Virus record (IMG/VR): IMGVR_UViG_3300031998_000027
Location: 32,001 to 96,000 of that record
DNA from: a virus
Taxonomy: Duplodnaviria > Caudoviricetes
Length of the DNA: 64,000 bases
Reading direction: 5' to 3' (one strand)
The position numbers and the translations under genes are program-made. Each line of letters opens with the position of its first letter. Within the stretch, counting starts at the first letter, position 1. Below are positions 47,100 to 58,020 of this stretch, in pieces. The notes beneath the pieces are model-generated. The model worked only from the letters and a program-made list of their open reading frames with translations. It made no database searches and was not told where the DNA came from.

Positions 47100-48201
47100 C
47101 TTGTAATTCGCCTCCTTTGAAGACTGCACTGCTTGCTTCATAAAACATTGAAAATAGGTTTGGATAGTTTTTTTGTGCATAAGAAAAAACTTCTATTGCT
47201 TCCGGCCGAGTTATAATTTCTTTATGGTATTGCGACTTTTCTCTTAATTCTTTTACAAAAAAGAAAAGAGAAGTGGGTTTTGGCAAGATTGTTGACCTAC
47301 CATAAGCCGTAAACAAATTGAACATTTTTTTGATTTCATCTGGAACTTGAAAACTATCGTTATAAGTAAGTAAAAATTGTTTTTGATTTATATATAAAAA
47401 TAAGACTTGAGTAAAAATTTTTATTAAGTCAGACTCTAAAAAATCGTTCTGTGCGTATGATGCAGGGAGAGGATTATAAATTATATCTTTCGCGCGACTA
47501 AGCTTAATTCGTTGTATGACTTCATTAATTTCTTCATCTGTAAAAAGTCCATTATATTGAAGTTTTAAGTTCACTGAGCTAAAAGTAAAATTTAACCATT
47601 TTTGAAATGCATCAAAATCAAAACAACTAATTGGAAACTTTGAACATAAGCTTGTTTGTATTGATAGTTTATATTTATCAATTATTTCTTGGATTGTTTC
47701 CGCGGCATTACCAATATTATTTAAGTTATAATCGTGTAAGAAGAAAACTCGTCCTTTTGTATTATGAGGAATTTGTCGTTCAAAATTTTCCCATATATTC
47801 TTTCCATCTAAAGATAAACGAAAATGGATTCCACGAGTTAAGGTTTTAAAAGAGGCCATATTTTGCGCGAGGTTGTCAACAAAAAGATTTTTATATTTGT
47901 TATAAATAGACGTATCTGGCGCGCACTGCTCAGCCTCTTCTTTCATCGGCGCATAGCGATTATTTGTAAAAGCAAGGCCGCCATATGAAAGATTATCATA
48001 TTTAGTAATATCTAAGGGAAACTCTCCGTCATTATAATCTTTGCGGTAATAAAAGTGGGTATATCGCTCGGGCGTGAAAGAAGGAGCCATTACTGTAATC
48101 TCCTTCTTTCTTTTGAAATAGGTTGAAAGCTTCATTATTTCGAGATTAAAGATTGTTTGATGATATTTGAAGAAGTCTGCATCATATAATCCAACAGACA
48201 T
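47089..48201 (-). CDS. Hypothetical protein
   Basis: 370-aa ORF coupled to dnaE; N-terminus GLYDAD...NLEIMKLS. Confidence 0.7.
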   Translation of the reverse strand: MSVGLYDADFFKYHQTIFNLEIMKLSTYFKRKKEITVMAPSFTPERYTHFYYRKDYNDGEFPLDITKYDNLSYGGLAFTNNRYAPMKEEAEQCAPDTSIYNKYKNLFVDNLAQNMASFKTLTRGIHFRLSLDGKNIWENFERQIPHNTKGRVFFLHDYNLNNIGNAAETIQEIIDKYKLSIQTSLCSKFPISCFDFDAFQKWLNFTFSSVNLKLQYNGLFTDEEINEVIQRIKLSRAKDIIYNPLPASYAQNDFLESDLIKIFTQVLFLYINQKQFLLTYNDSFQVPDEIKKMFNLFTAYGRSTILPKPTSLFFFVKELREKSQYHKEIITRPEAIEVFSYAQKNYPNLFSMFYEASSAVFKGGELQVVR

Positions 48202-51200
48202 TATTCTTCATCTCCTGCGCGGGCGCCTGCTGTTTTTATCTTACCATCTTCACTAATTTCTGTTATTAGTTCAACAAGATGATATGGAGTGCGCGCATAT
48301 TTCTTTGCTTGGAAAGAATCTTCGCGCCGAATACCCGTTACAATAATTTTGTTTCCTCTTGATAACCAAGATTTTTCTGTAACGTGTTTCTTACCATCAG
48401 CTCCACGCTCACTAAGTTGCTTATCATAATGAGAATAAACCTGTCCAAAAATCTTTACCGTTACAACACCGCTCTTTGTAAGAAGTGTTACACTCTTTTT
48501 AGCTTTGTCCTTATCCAAAACCGTACCCATAATTCTCTCTATCTTAAAGAGAGGAACTTTTTTACCTTTTATCATTATAATTCTATCAACCTCAGGTTCT
48601 TCGGGCAATTCAAAGAAATCACTTAATCCATATTCTCTTTCTTTAACTCGCGCGAGTTCATGTTCGTGTGAATAAAAAGAGACAGAATCCATTTCCCATT
48701 TACTCAAAGACCCAAGGCAATATTTATCCCAAGTATCGCTCATTAAGCGCCAGTTAATTGCTTTAAGAAGTTCGTCGTGATGCGCCTTTACATAAGGACG
48801 AACCTTATCCATATGCTTCTTATAAATATTATCCCAAGAAGATTGTTTAATGCGAAAGCCGCCGTCAGCGCTTTCTAACAAATCCATGTCAAAGTTTGCT
48901 TCATAGAATGGAAAACTATTTTCATCTAAATAATAATAAGTTTCATCTTTGAATTTCTTTAGATATTTATTGAAGTTAAAAACCTTACATTCAAAACTTA
49001 ATTCTTCTGGCAATAACTCAAAGTCAATCAGCATTTTCATATTTTGAAGAGTTACTCGTTTCTTCTGGTCACTAATACTTTCAACATAGCGCCGCATAAC
49101 TTCAACCCTATCACCTAAGAAATCAAATGCGCCAGACTTTATAAGATTAATGACTTGTGGCTTAGTAATTTTAACTTTTGAAGTTAAATCTTCAATTGAA
49201 TTATATGGACGATTTGACAAAATTGCTTTGACTAAATCTTCGCCAATTTTACTTATACCACTAAGTCCATAACGAATTGTATTGTGAGTTACATCTGGAG
49301 AAAAAGTATAAGTTGACTCATTTATATCAGGTGGCGCGACTTCAATACCTGCCATTCTCATCTTTCCAATTGCTGTGGCTATCTTTCCATAGTTTGTACT
49401 TTTGACTTTTTTCTTTTTCTTTCCATTTTTAAGTACAACTACTTCTGCTGGATAACCATCACAATCTTCTTCTTCGTAAGAATCCTCTATATCTTCTTCT
49501 GAGTCATCTTCTCCGAACTCTTCCATTTCGTTATAATAATTTTGTTCGTCCGCACAAGAAATTCCTAATTCTTCTAAATCTTCGCCGTTCGGCTCATTTT
49601 CTGCGCCGCCGCTATCGCTTATTAAACAAGCGCAATTCCAAAAGATTATGGGATATTTGAAAGCTAAGTTCATTTCTTGAAGCCCAATTAGACTATATGC
49701 GAGCGTATGAGATGCATTAAATCCATATCCACGACTCGTTGCAACCAACACATTCCAAACATATTTACAGAGTTTCTGACTTAAGCCTTTTTCTTTTACA
49801 TTTTCAAAGTACTCTTTTGTAAGCTGTTCATATTCAGCGGGGTTTTTCTTCGCAATTGATTTACGGAGTCTATCTGCCCAAGTCAGGTCAAAACCACCAC
49901 ACTCAGGTATTTGAACAAGTTGCATAAACTTCTCCTGAGACTCACAAATTCCATAAGAGGACAAAAGAATCGGCTCAAGAACTTTTTGCTCTGCGCGCGT
50001 TAATCCATAAGCATTCATTTCATCATACCATTGATTAATGTTTGCTTTGAAGCGCGCGAACTTATTGAGAGGTTGTTCTGCACCTTTTTCTTGCGCCATT
50101 AGACGAATAACAGAATTAAGAGTCGCAAGGTCATCAACAGAAGATGGCTTAGAAAGCGCAATTCCTTGGATACCACTTTGCTTTTCCATTTGGAACAGAC
50201 TGAAGATTTCATGGTTCCAAACCATTTCCCACATCTTTGGGTCATCACGTTCTAGATTATAGACACCAATAACACTTTCATAAGTTTCTTTAAGAGTTGG
50301 CTTGCGCTCAACAAAACCCGCATCACAAAGTAAATCAAGACAAATATGAATTTTATCCATCGCTTCTACCGACAGCGCATCATATTTGATAAGACTTACA
50401 TCTTCGCAATCATGAAGGTCAAAAGAAGTTATAATCGTATCATCCGGCGCCCGCATCAAAGAGGTTGAGTTTGTAAAAGGTTCATCAACAAAGATAACTC
50501 CACCAGCATGCTGGCCCAACCTATTTACAAGTCCTTCAATCTTATGCGCGACTTGCCAAAGTTCTGGATAGTTTTCAGTCATCTCAATTACGAATTGCTT
50601 AATTGGGTCAAATCCAGACTCTTCATCACCATACATACATTGGTCAAGAGTTCGAGTCATTCCGCGGTCAGCTGGAATAAGACTTGCAATATAAGAAGCT
50701 GTATCAACATCAATCCCAAGACCTCTTGCCGCAGTTAAAATTGCTGATTTAGATTTCTCAGTTCCAAAGGTTGCGACATTTGAAACTCTGTCATCACCAT
50801 AAACTTCTCTAAACTTTGAGAGAACTGTCGCGCGCCGGCTACCCTCAATATCAAAGTCAACATCAAGTACACTAACTCGCGCTGGATTCAAAAATCTCCA
50901 AGCAAAAGTCGGCGTCGTTTCACGAAGTGGATTAATCTGAGTTATACCAAGAAGATAAAGAAGAATAAAACCAACACCAGAACCGCGACCAGGCCCAACA
51001 AGACTTCCTGCATCCCAACACACATCAATAATTTTTTGAAGATTGAGATAATATGCGCTCCAATGGGTTTTGTTGACTTCCGATGAAACCTTTGTCATTT
51101 CAAGACATTCATTTATTGCACTATATGTCTTTTCATTTTGAAGAGTTTCATCATCCTTAATTCGCTCAATTATGAGTTCAGAAAGAAGTTTATCTCCTTC

Positions 51201-52208
51201 ATAATCAGATATATAGAACTCAAATAACTGAGGAATGAGTTTAAACCATTTGTCTTTATCCGACGTCGACAGCGCCGGCGCCTTCTTCCAAGTTAATTCA
51301 GGTATCTTTAATGGTTTGAGAAGTGAATAGTTTTCACACATTTCTCCAACCTTTAAGATATTTTGATAACCAACTTCAATTTCTTCTTTTGTTAAGTCTT
51401 TTTTGAGATAAGACTCAATTTCTTCCGTTGACATCATATAAGTTGTCGCATAGAAACTATCAACTTCACGATCACCATCTTGGGAGTTAAGGAAGGCTTT
51501 ATGAATTGGCGCGTCTTCTTTTTTAAGATAATGGCTATCTGTCGTTATAATGTAGGGGATATTATATTCTTTACTTAATTGAACTAACCTTCGATTAACA
51601 AAAGATTGTTCAGTTGAAGCGGAAGGCTGAAGCTCAAAGAAGAAATTCCCGTGACCAAACAAATTATCCATTTGTTTAATCCAAATATCAATCTTTTCCA
51701 TTAAACTTGGGTTAGACTGCGCCCGAATAAGCTGTGTCGGAAGTGCGCCGCCAAGACAGGCTGTGCTTCCAATTACATGGCCAGGATTTTCACCAATTAT
51801 ATCAAAGAGGTCTTGATAATAAGTTGGAACTCTACGCATACCGCGCGCCATGTAAGACCTACGCCATGCCCTGGTTGATATTTCTCTAAGTTGCTGATGA
51901 CCTATTGTATCTTTCGCAAGAAGAATAAAGTGATAATAACGGTCAACCTCTCTGTTATAATTGTCTGCATTAAGACCATTACGACAAAGATAGATTTCAT
52001 TTCCTCTAATAACCTTAAGGTCAGGATATTTCTTTGCTATCTTTTCAACTTTAATATGATTACTTATACATTCGTGGTCTGTTATGGCGACTACTTTATG
52101 ACCGAGTTCTGCCGCATATTTAATGAGGTCTTCAGTCTTTATAATGCAATCGCGCAATCTTATATTACTATAATCGGTGTGGTTATGGAGCGAACCACTA
52201 TATTCCAT
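48201..52208 (-). CDS. dnaE: DNA polymerase III alpha subunit (family C)
   Basis: PHP motifs HNHTDYS, TDH, DSHY; GPGRGS; DVDFD; HAGG; KYD; YGFN.SH. Confidence 0.95.
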   Translation of the reverse strand: MEYSGSLHNHTDYSNIRLRDCIIKTEDLIKYAAELGHKVVAITDHECISNHIKVEKIAKKYPDLKVIRGNEIYLCRNGLNADNYNREVDRYYHFILLAKDTIGHQQLREISTRAWRRSYMARGMRRVPTYYQDLFDIIGENPGHVIGSTACLGGALPTQLIRAQSNPSLMEKIDIWIKQMDNLFGHGNFFFELQPSASTEQSFVNRRLVQLSKEYNIPYIITTDSHYLKKEDAPIHKAFLNSQDGDREVDSFYATTYMMSTEEIESYLKKDLTKEEIEVGYQNILKVGEMCENYSLLKPLKIPELTWKKAPALSTSDKDKWFKLIPQLFEFYISDYEGDKLLSELIIERIKDDETLQNEKTYSAINECLEMTKVSSEVNKTHWSAYYLNLQKIIDVCWDAGSLVGPGRGSGVGFILLYLLGITQINPLRETTPTFAWRFLNPARVSVLDVDFDIEGSRRATVLSKFREVYGDDRVSNVATFGTEKSKSAILTAARGLGIDVDTASYIASLIPADRGMTRTLDQCMYGDEESGFDPIKQFVIEMTENYPELWQVAHKIEGLVNRLGQHAGGVIFVDEPFTNSTSLMRAPDDTIITSFDLHDCEDVSLIKYDALSVEAMDKIHICLDLLCDAGFVERKPTLKETYESVIGVYNLERDDPKMWEMVWNHEIFSLFQMEKQSGIQGIALSKPSSVDDLATLNSVIRLMAQEKGAEQPLNKFARFKANINQWYDEMNAYGLTRAEQKVLEPILLSSYGICESQEKFMQLVQIPECGGFDLTWADRLRKSIAKKNPAEYEQLTKEYFENVKEKGLSQKLCKYVWNVLVATSRGYGFNASHTLAYSLIGLQEMNLAFKYPIIFWNCACLISDSGGAENEPNGEDLEELGISCADEQNYYNEMEEFGEDDSEEDIEDSYEEEDCDGYPAEVVVLKNGKKKKKVKSTNYGKIATAIGKMRMAGIEVAPPDINESTYTFSPDVTHNTIRYGLSGISKIGEDLVKAILSNRPYNSIEDLTSKVKITKPQVINLIKSGAFDFLGDRVEVMRRYVESISDQKKRVTLQNMKMLIDFELLPEELSFECKVFNFNKYLKKFKDETYYYLDENSFPFYEANFDMDLLESADGGFRIKQSSWDNIYKKHMDKVRPYVKAHHDELLKAINWRLMSDTWDKYCLGSLSKWEMDSVSFYSHEHELARVKEREYGLSDFFELPEEPEVDRIIMIKGKKVPLFKIERIMGTVLDKDKAKKSVTLLTKSGVVTVKIFGQVYSHYDKQLSERGADGKKHVTEKSWLSRGNKIIVTGIRREDSFQAKKYARTPYHLVELITEISEDGKIKTAGARAGDEE

Positions 52209-52238
52209 TTAATCACTTCCTTTCCACCTTATATAATA

Positions 52239-52267
52239 ATTATACCACAATTTTACTAAAAAATCAA
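52239..52267 (-). promoter_or_regulatory. Sigma-A promoter for the dnaE operon
   Basis: TTGATT-17-TATAAT with TG. Confidence 0.7.
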
Positions 52268-52986
52268 ACTTCTATACCGTGTGGCTGGCAAACAATTTTT
52301 TGTTTCTCTTCGGATGATACAAAATGTCCCCATTGTTCTGCCATAGCTTCCGCAAATCCAGGGAAAGTCTGACTTCTAACTCTAGTTCTTTCCGCGGCCG
52401 GCAGGCTAAAAGATTCTGCATACCAAGCAGGCATTGACTTGCCGCTCTTAAATTCTTTTCTTTTTTCTGGGGTAACCTCGTCTGTTTTCTTAAGGGGAGG
52501 AAGTCCCTTAAGCCAAAGACAGGTTCTTTTTTCAAATGGGTCTCCAAACCAATAGGGTTGAATTATTTGGTCTGGCTTTCTATATTGCGTAGACATAATT
52601 CCTACGGGGTTCTCAATCATTATGTGGTCGCAATCGGCTTCTACAAAAGCCATAAAAAACTTAATAGCTTCTTCTCTCAACTTATATCTTTCTCTAGCCT
52701 TATCTCCATATTTCTCAATATTAAACCATCTATTACCAGTTGTAGTTAAGTAAGTACAAGGAGGGTGTGCAATTATTAAATCCCATCTATCAATATGATA
52801 AGAATCACCACTAAGGGTTTCAAAATCACAATTTCCATTCAAAAGCGGCAATACATCTTGCTGTATATGCCACTCAGGGTGGCCGCCAGATGGTTTAATA
52901 ATATCGCATGAGAAAGCTAGATGACCGCGCGCCCTAAAGGCACTGCAAACGCGTTGGGACTCTTCACAAGCAACTAAAACTTTCAT
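52264..52986 (-). CDS. Short C5-cytosine DNA methyltransferase-like protein
   Basis: HPPC (motif IV), IENP (motif VI), N-terminal SAM-binding-like VLVACE..SCD. Confidence 0.7.
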   Translation of the reverse strand: MKVLVACEESQRVCSAFRARGHLAFSCDIIKPSGGHPEWHIQQDVLPLLNGNCDFETLSGDSYHIDRWDLIIAHPPCTYLTTTGNRWFNIEKYGDKARERYKLREEAIKFFMAFVEADCDHIMIENPVGIMSTQYRKPDQIIQPYWFGDPFEKRTCLWLKGLPPLKKTDEVTPEKRKEFKSGKSMPAWYAESFSLPAAERTRVRSQTFPGFAEAMAEQWGHFVSSEEKQKIVCQPHGIEV

Positions 52987-52996
52987 TTATGCCTCC

Positions 52997-54721
52997 TTAA
53001 AAACCAAGGGTATCATCTTGAACTTCATAGGCTTCAATAAAGATTTGAGGAGTATATCTACCTGCCCATTCATTCAAATTCGGCTTACCAATCAAATTAA
53101 TTTTAATTTTACCCATTGTTTCTAATTGATGGATTAAATCTTTTGCAAAAAACTTCATATAGGCGACACCGAACTTTGTAATTTTCAAAGTATCCTTATT
53201 CTTGCCCATAATCTGATAGTCATCTTTTGTAACATTTAAGTCATGAACATAGATAAAAGGTTGGTCATTGCCATGGCCCCAAACATCTTCATAATTAGCT
53301 AAATCAAAGACTATATCAGCTATATCTTTATCCGCAGCCGCGCGCACAAGATTCACGTCAAATACGTCTTCACCAAAATCAAGGTCAGCTAGCTTTTCAT
53401 TGGCATATGCATGAAAGTCTCTAAGGTTTTTGTCTGCGATACTACAGCCGGCCGCATTAGCATGGCCTTGGACATATTCAAAATAGCCACTATTAGTTAA
53501 GAAGGCTTTAAGGTCGCTCAGTGCGCAGTTATCAACGTTTCTAATTGAGCCTCTATCAAAACCTTCAGGGTTAAGTCTTGCAACAATTGTGGGTCTCTTA
53601 TACTTCGCGGCTAGCTTCATCGCAAGCAATCCATTAAGTTCAGAAGGAAGTTTGTCTTCATCTTCAAGTCTTACAAACAGAACTTTATTATCTAAAAGTC
53701 CATATTTATAAATTCTATCTTCAAATTTATCAACATTACTATCTAGAATTTTATTTTGACGGTTGCGCGCATTAGCACATTCTCTAACACTCTCAACTGC
53801 GCGAGCCTCAAGAGTACCTTTCGCGCCCTTTTTGCCGCTAGGAATTAACTCATCTCCATGAATAAAGGCTTCAAAAAGACGAATTTTCTCTTCCATTGTA
53901 CCAGTTCTAATCATTGCATTTATCATTGGTACAACATAAAAAGCAACAGTAATGGGATTCACCTTTCCACCCATTGAGTAAGATTGTTTTTCTACTATAG
54001 TTTGGAAGAAAAGATTTTTTATATTTCTAAATCCCATATAACAAATAAGACGATTTTCAAGAGTTGTCACGGACCCCATATCGGCGCAGACACCAAGTGC
54101 TGCGAGGTCTAAATAATTATCAGCGCCTTTTTCATATTCAACAGAACATAATTCATCTACTGCACGGCAGAACTGATAAGTTACACCTGCGCCGGTTAGT
54201 TCCTTATTTGGATAATATTTAGATGTTTGATTATTAATTATAATAGCGTTTGGGCTAACTTCGCAATCAAGTTCATGATGGTCAAGTATTAGAACTGGGC
54301 AATTTAATCTTTCGTGATACTCCTTATCGTTTGAGCTTGAATCTGGGCAGATTATTAAACCCCAATCTTCATCAGCAACATCATCAATATGGTCTTCAAG
54401 TCCATGCTGTTTCCCGGAGTGAAGACGATAGTGTAGATTAGCATCTGGGTCTAAATACTTAATATATAGATAGATGATTGCCGCGGAAGTATAACCATCA
54501 ACATCGCTATCAACAATTATTAAAATTGGCTTATCTTCGTCCAAAGCTTTTGCAAGTGCATCTACACCAGCTTCAATATTATCAAGAAGCTTATAATCAC
54601 ATAAACAAGTTTTAGAATCTGGATGCAAGAAACTATTTATATCTGTGATACCTCTTGCGCGAAGTAAATTCTTTCCATAATCATTTTTAAAGTTCTCATT
54701 CACTAAACGGTACTTCATCAC
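52997..54721 (-). CDS. recJ: RecJ-like DHH ssDNA exonuclease
   Basis: DSDVDG, DHH, GAGV, GHANAAG. Confidence 0.88.
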   Translation of the reverse strand: MMKYRLVNENFKNDYGKNLLRARGITDINSFLHPDSKTCLCDYKLLDNIEAGVDALAKALDEDKPILIIVDSDVDGYTSAAIIYLYIKYLDPDANLHYRLHSGKQHGLEDHIDDVADEDWGLIICPDSSSNDKEYHERLNCPVLILDHHELDCEVSPNAIIINNQTSKYYPNKELTGAGVTYQFCRAVDELCSVEYEKGADNYLDLAALGVCADMGSVTTLENRLICYMGFRNIKNLFFQTIVEKQSYSMGGKVNPITVAFYVVPMINAMIRTGTMEEKIRLFEAFIHGDELIPSGKKGAKGTLEARAVESVRECANARNRQNKILDSNVDKFEDRIYKYGLLDNKVLFVRLEDEDKLPSELNGLLAMKLAAKYKRPTIVARLNPEGFDRGSIRNVDNCALSDLKAFLTNSGYFEYVQGHANAAGCSIADKNLRDFHAYANEKLADLDFGEDVFDVNLVRAAADKDIADIVFDLANYEDVWGHGNDQPFIYVHDLNVTKDDYQIMGKNKDTLKITKFGVAYMKFFAKDLIHQLETMGKIKINLIGKPNLNEWAGRYTPQIFIEAYEVQDDTLGF

Positions 54722-55397
54722 TACCTCCTATTAATTCTATATTATTATATAAACATTGAAATTTTTGAATACAAAAGTCCATGTGGTAATGACCAAAGTA
54801 CCACTTTTTAAAACTAGTCTGCGCCGCAACCTGCTCCAAGAAAAGTGTTAATACATCAACCTCATAATATTGGCTAATTGCTTTTTGAATTGAAGCAGGC
54901 GCGCAGTGTGTCAGTATATAATCAACTTTCCACTTATTTTGCTCAAGATTATAAAGAGCTTCTTCATATTCTGCATAATTCGGCATTTCTTGCGGCCACC
55001 AGGTGACGTAATCGCGTCGGATTTCTCTATCGTGCGATGTAGCGCCGCCCATTGTAAAGATTTTAAGCCCATCAATTGTAAAGACTTGTCCTCTTGTTAA
55101 ATGAAAAATAGAGTCACTAACTTGACGCACAACTCCTCCAAACTTATTTTGAGAAGGAAATTGATAGAGAAGTTCAAAATTCTCATGGTTTCCATCTACA
55201 AACAATGTAGTCCAAGGCTTTTCATCAAGCCAATGGCGCCACCAATAATCTTCTCCATTATTATTCCAAACAAGTCCAAAGTCGCCGCAAATTATTACAT
55301 AATCATCTTTTGTAAGCTCTTTTCCTTGTGGGAAGTTATCTGAACTCAATTTATTCATTGTCAGGGAACCATGAGTATCCCCTGTAACATATATCAC
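54696..55397 (-). CDS. Calcineurin-like metallophosphoesterase
   Basis: DTHG, GDFG, GNHE, THC, GHYH. Confidence 0.88.
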   Translation of the reverse strand: MIYVTGDTHGSLTMNKLSSDNFPQGKELTKDDYVIICGDFGLVWNNNGEDYWWRHWLDEKPWTTLFVDGNHENFELLYQFPSQNKFGGVVRQVSDSIFHLTRGQVFTIDGLKIFTMGGATSHDREIRRDYVTWWPQEMPNYAEYEEALYNLEQNKWKVDYILTHCAPASIQKAISQYYEVDVLTLFLEQVAAQTSFKKWYFGHYHMDFCIQKFQCLYNNIELIGGSDEVPFSE

Positions 55398-56437
55398 TTA
55401 ATTTTCACCCTTTCCCTAAGTAATTGATTAAAGACTTCTTCTCCTTTATCCACTGGAGAATCTTTCATTTCTAATCTATTATGAAAATCATAGATAAAAG
55501 AAAAATTCCCATAATTAGAATATTTTTCTCCTAATTTCTTTAGCTTATTAAAATATTTATCATCTAATCCTTCTTCTTCTTTATCAAAACAAATTATAAA
55601 CTCTTTCGGTGCGCAAGACTTCATTAAAATATCAATTTGAAACTTATTAATTGAGCTGCCGCAAACTGCGACTCCACAATTGGGTCGCGCGAATCCATCG
55701 GCAATCAAAACACTCTTTTCACCTTCAAACAAACATACATATCCATTCTTTTGAATATTATCTTTTGTTTTATCTAATCCATAGAGATTTAGACTTAATG
55801 GATGCTTATACCATTTCTGTTCAATTTGAACCGGCATATATTTACCTATATTTTCAACTTCCCACGCATTCAGCGCCCGCCCTCTAATTCCAACTAATTC
55901 ACCATTCTCATTATAGTGCGGAATTATAATTTTATTCTGAGAAATTGAAAATCTAATATTAAACTTATCCATAGTTTCCTTAGAAATTCCTTCTTTTATC
56001 CATTGAGATGGATAAATTTTTTCAAAAACATCTAATACACCATCTGGATAAACTTCTAACTGCCTTTCGCGCGCCTTGCGCTTGTACTTATCTCCAAGAA
56101 ATTCTCTTTTTTCGACTTCAAGACCTTCTTTTCTTTTTCTTTTTGTTACCAAAAGATAAACATCATTATACCAATCGTAATCAATGCCGCGCGTCTTATA
56201 AACTTGTTCAATAAACTTAAAAACGCTCATGCCGCCGTCTTCAGTATAACAATAGAAGAAATGATTATCACGATAATAATAAAGTTTCATTGAGGCATTA
56301 TCAACTTCTATATTATGACAAATTGTTGGAAATATAATTGCTTCTGGAGTCATTTTATAATCATTAACTCCAAAATATTTCATTAAATCAATTATATCTT
56401 GTTCAGTTAAATCTTCAATTACTTTATTCCAGTCCAT
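55394..56437 (-). CDS. DNA primase (TOPRIM)
   Basis: IIIPH...GIRGR, LYG, FEGEKS; adjacent to the helicase. Confidence 0.85.
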   Translation of the reverse strand: MDWNKVIEDLTEQDIIDLMKYFGVNDYKMTPEAIIFPTICHNIEVDNASMKLYYYRDNHFFYCYTEDGGMSVFKFIEQVYKTRGIDYDWYNDVYLLVTKRKRKEGLEVEKREFLGDKYKRKARERQLEVYPDGVLDVFEKIYPSQWIKEGISKETMDKFNIRFSISQNKIIIPHYNENGELVGIRGRALNAWEVENIGKYMPVQIEQKWYKHPLSLNLYGLDKTKDNIQKNGYVCLFEGEKSVLIADGFARPNCGVAVCGSSINKFQIDILMKSCAPKEFIICFDKEEEGLDDKYFNKLKKLGEKYSNYGNFSFIYDFHNRLEMKDSPVDKGEEVFNQLLRERVKIK

Positions 56438-58004
56438 TATTCTTCAATTCCTTATTTAACTTATCCATTAATTCGCCAATTTCTTTTTTATTTTCTTCAA
56501 CTTCCCAAGATATAACATTAACCTCATCTTCATTAAAGAAGTCTTGAACTGGTTCAAGCCGACTATCAGTTATAAACAAATCTCTTTTTTTCATTGTGCC
56601 GCCGTCAAAATAAGACCAAATCCTAACTTGAGTCCACGCGCCACTTCTAACCTTAAATATATCAGTTACAAGGTTCGGCTTCTGAATTGAAAGCTTATCT
56701 AATACTTCTAATTCTTCATTTGTCGGTCTAGTACAAACACAAGCATTATCAGCTTTATTAATAATACTGCGGCTGCCCGCGATAACGCCTTCATTTTTTA
56801 TATCTCTATTATCTTCAATTTTTGCATTAACCTGAGTTGATGTAAACACTGCCACATTTAATTCAATTGCGAGGTCTTTTAATGCAGTTGAAAACATTAA
56901 CAATGCTTCATCATTTCTAATATTAAATCCTCTAAATTCAGCCAATAACATCGGATTAATAAAGATATAATCAAAGAATACATATCCAATATCATGCGTA
57001 AGACAATTCTCTCTAATCATTGTCTTCGCGAGTTCAATTGTCGGGTTCGGCATTCTTACAATCTGGAAGTTCTCACTATAAGTCTTTATAATCTCTTTCG
57101 CTTGATAAATTCTCATAGTTTCTTCTTTTGTGAAATTTCCATATTTGAATTTACTTTCATTTACATCACTTAAATAAGCAATAATCATTTTCAGTAATTG
57201 TGAAAGCTTCTGCTCGGTTATTATAAATAAAACTCTCTCACAATTTCCTTCCATAATCCAAGAAGCTGTAGAACTATCATATCTAATTGGGTATGCCAAA
57301 ACACAGGCATCAGCAACAGCTTGCCTGGTCTTAAATGTACCACTCGGCGCGCTCCTAATCGTGAGGGCTCCGCGCTCTGCACCATTTATTATTTTGTTGA
57401 AGATTGCACCCTGAACTGGGAGTCCTATTTCATCAGGACTACCAAATCCTTCTACTATTTCGTCAATTTCATCTGCGGCAGTCCAACTTTCAACTTCTTC
57501 AGACTTAGAATATTCATTCTCAAGCTTTAGAATTTTCTTTTTTATTATTGCAATAATATCTTGAATTGAAAGGTCTTCAAATGCTTGATTGACTTCAATC
57601 GCGCGGACATCAGTTAAATCTTCAATATAAATATCACTTATATCAATTCCTTGCTTCTGAAAATCACTTAATAGATTTAACTTTTTTAGCTTATTGTAAT
57701 AATAAGGAAAATTCTCCTCATTTGAATATTCTTCTATATCTTGAAGATATTCTATTCCGTTGTTGTTGGAAAAAGTTTTTGCCGCACTTTCATTTGTACT
57801 TAAGTAGTTTTCAACATCAAAAGCAGAAATTTTCTTCGCGCCATTATAATATAATCCTTGAATTGCGCCAAAGATATATCGTTCAAAACGTGTTGGAAAA
57901 TCTGCCGTTGTAAGTCTATACTTATCAACTTCACTTAAATACTGTGGACTTTTTAGAAGGCATCCAAGGACTTGCTGAATACATTTCTTGTCAACAAATG
58001 CCAT
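56424..58004 (-). CDS. Replicative DnaB-like helicase
   Basis: SAPSGTFKT, ITEQ, FFDYI, STQVN, KAD. Confidence 0.85.
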   Translation of the reverse strand: MAFVDKKCIQQVLGCLLKSPQYLSEVDKYRLTTADFPTRFERYIFGAIQGLYYNGAKKISAFDVENYLSTNESAAKTFSNNNGIEYLQDIEEYSNEENFPYYYNKLKKLNLLSDFQKQGIDISDIYIEDLTDVRAIEVNQAFEDLSIQDIIAIIKKKILKLENEYSKSEEVESWTAADEIDEIVEGFGSPDEIGLPVQGAIFNKIINGAERGALTIRSAPSGTFKTRQAVADACVLAYPIRYDSSTASWIMEGNCERVLFIITEQKLSQLLKMIIAYLSDVNESKFKYGNFTKEETMRIYQAKEIIKTYSENFQIVRMPNPTIELAKTMIRENCLTHDIGYVFFDYIFINPMLLAEFRGFNIRNDEALLMFSTALKDLAIELNVAVFTSTQVNAKIEDNRDIKNEGVIAGSRSIINKADNACVCTRPTNEELEVLDKLSIQKPNLVTDIFKVRSGAWTQVRIWSYFDGGTMKKRDLFITDSRLEPVQDFFNEDEVNVISWEVEENKKEIGELMDKLNKELKNNGLE

Positions 58005-58020
58005 TCCAATACTCCTTTAC

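Noticed and set aside
14453-58004. Inteins in terminase, DnaE or helicase
   Set aside because: Protein lengths are normal and no C/S...HN splice motifs were seen.
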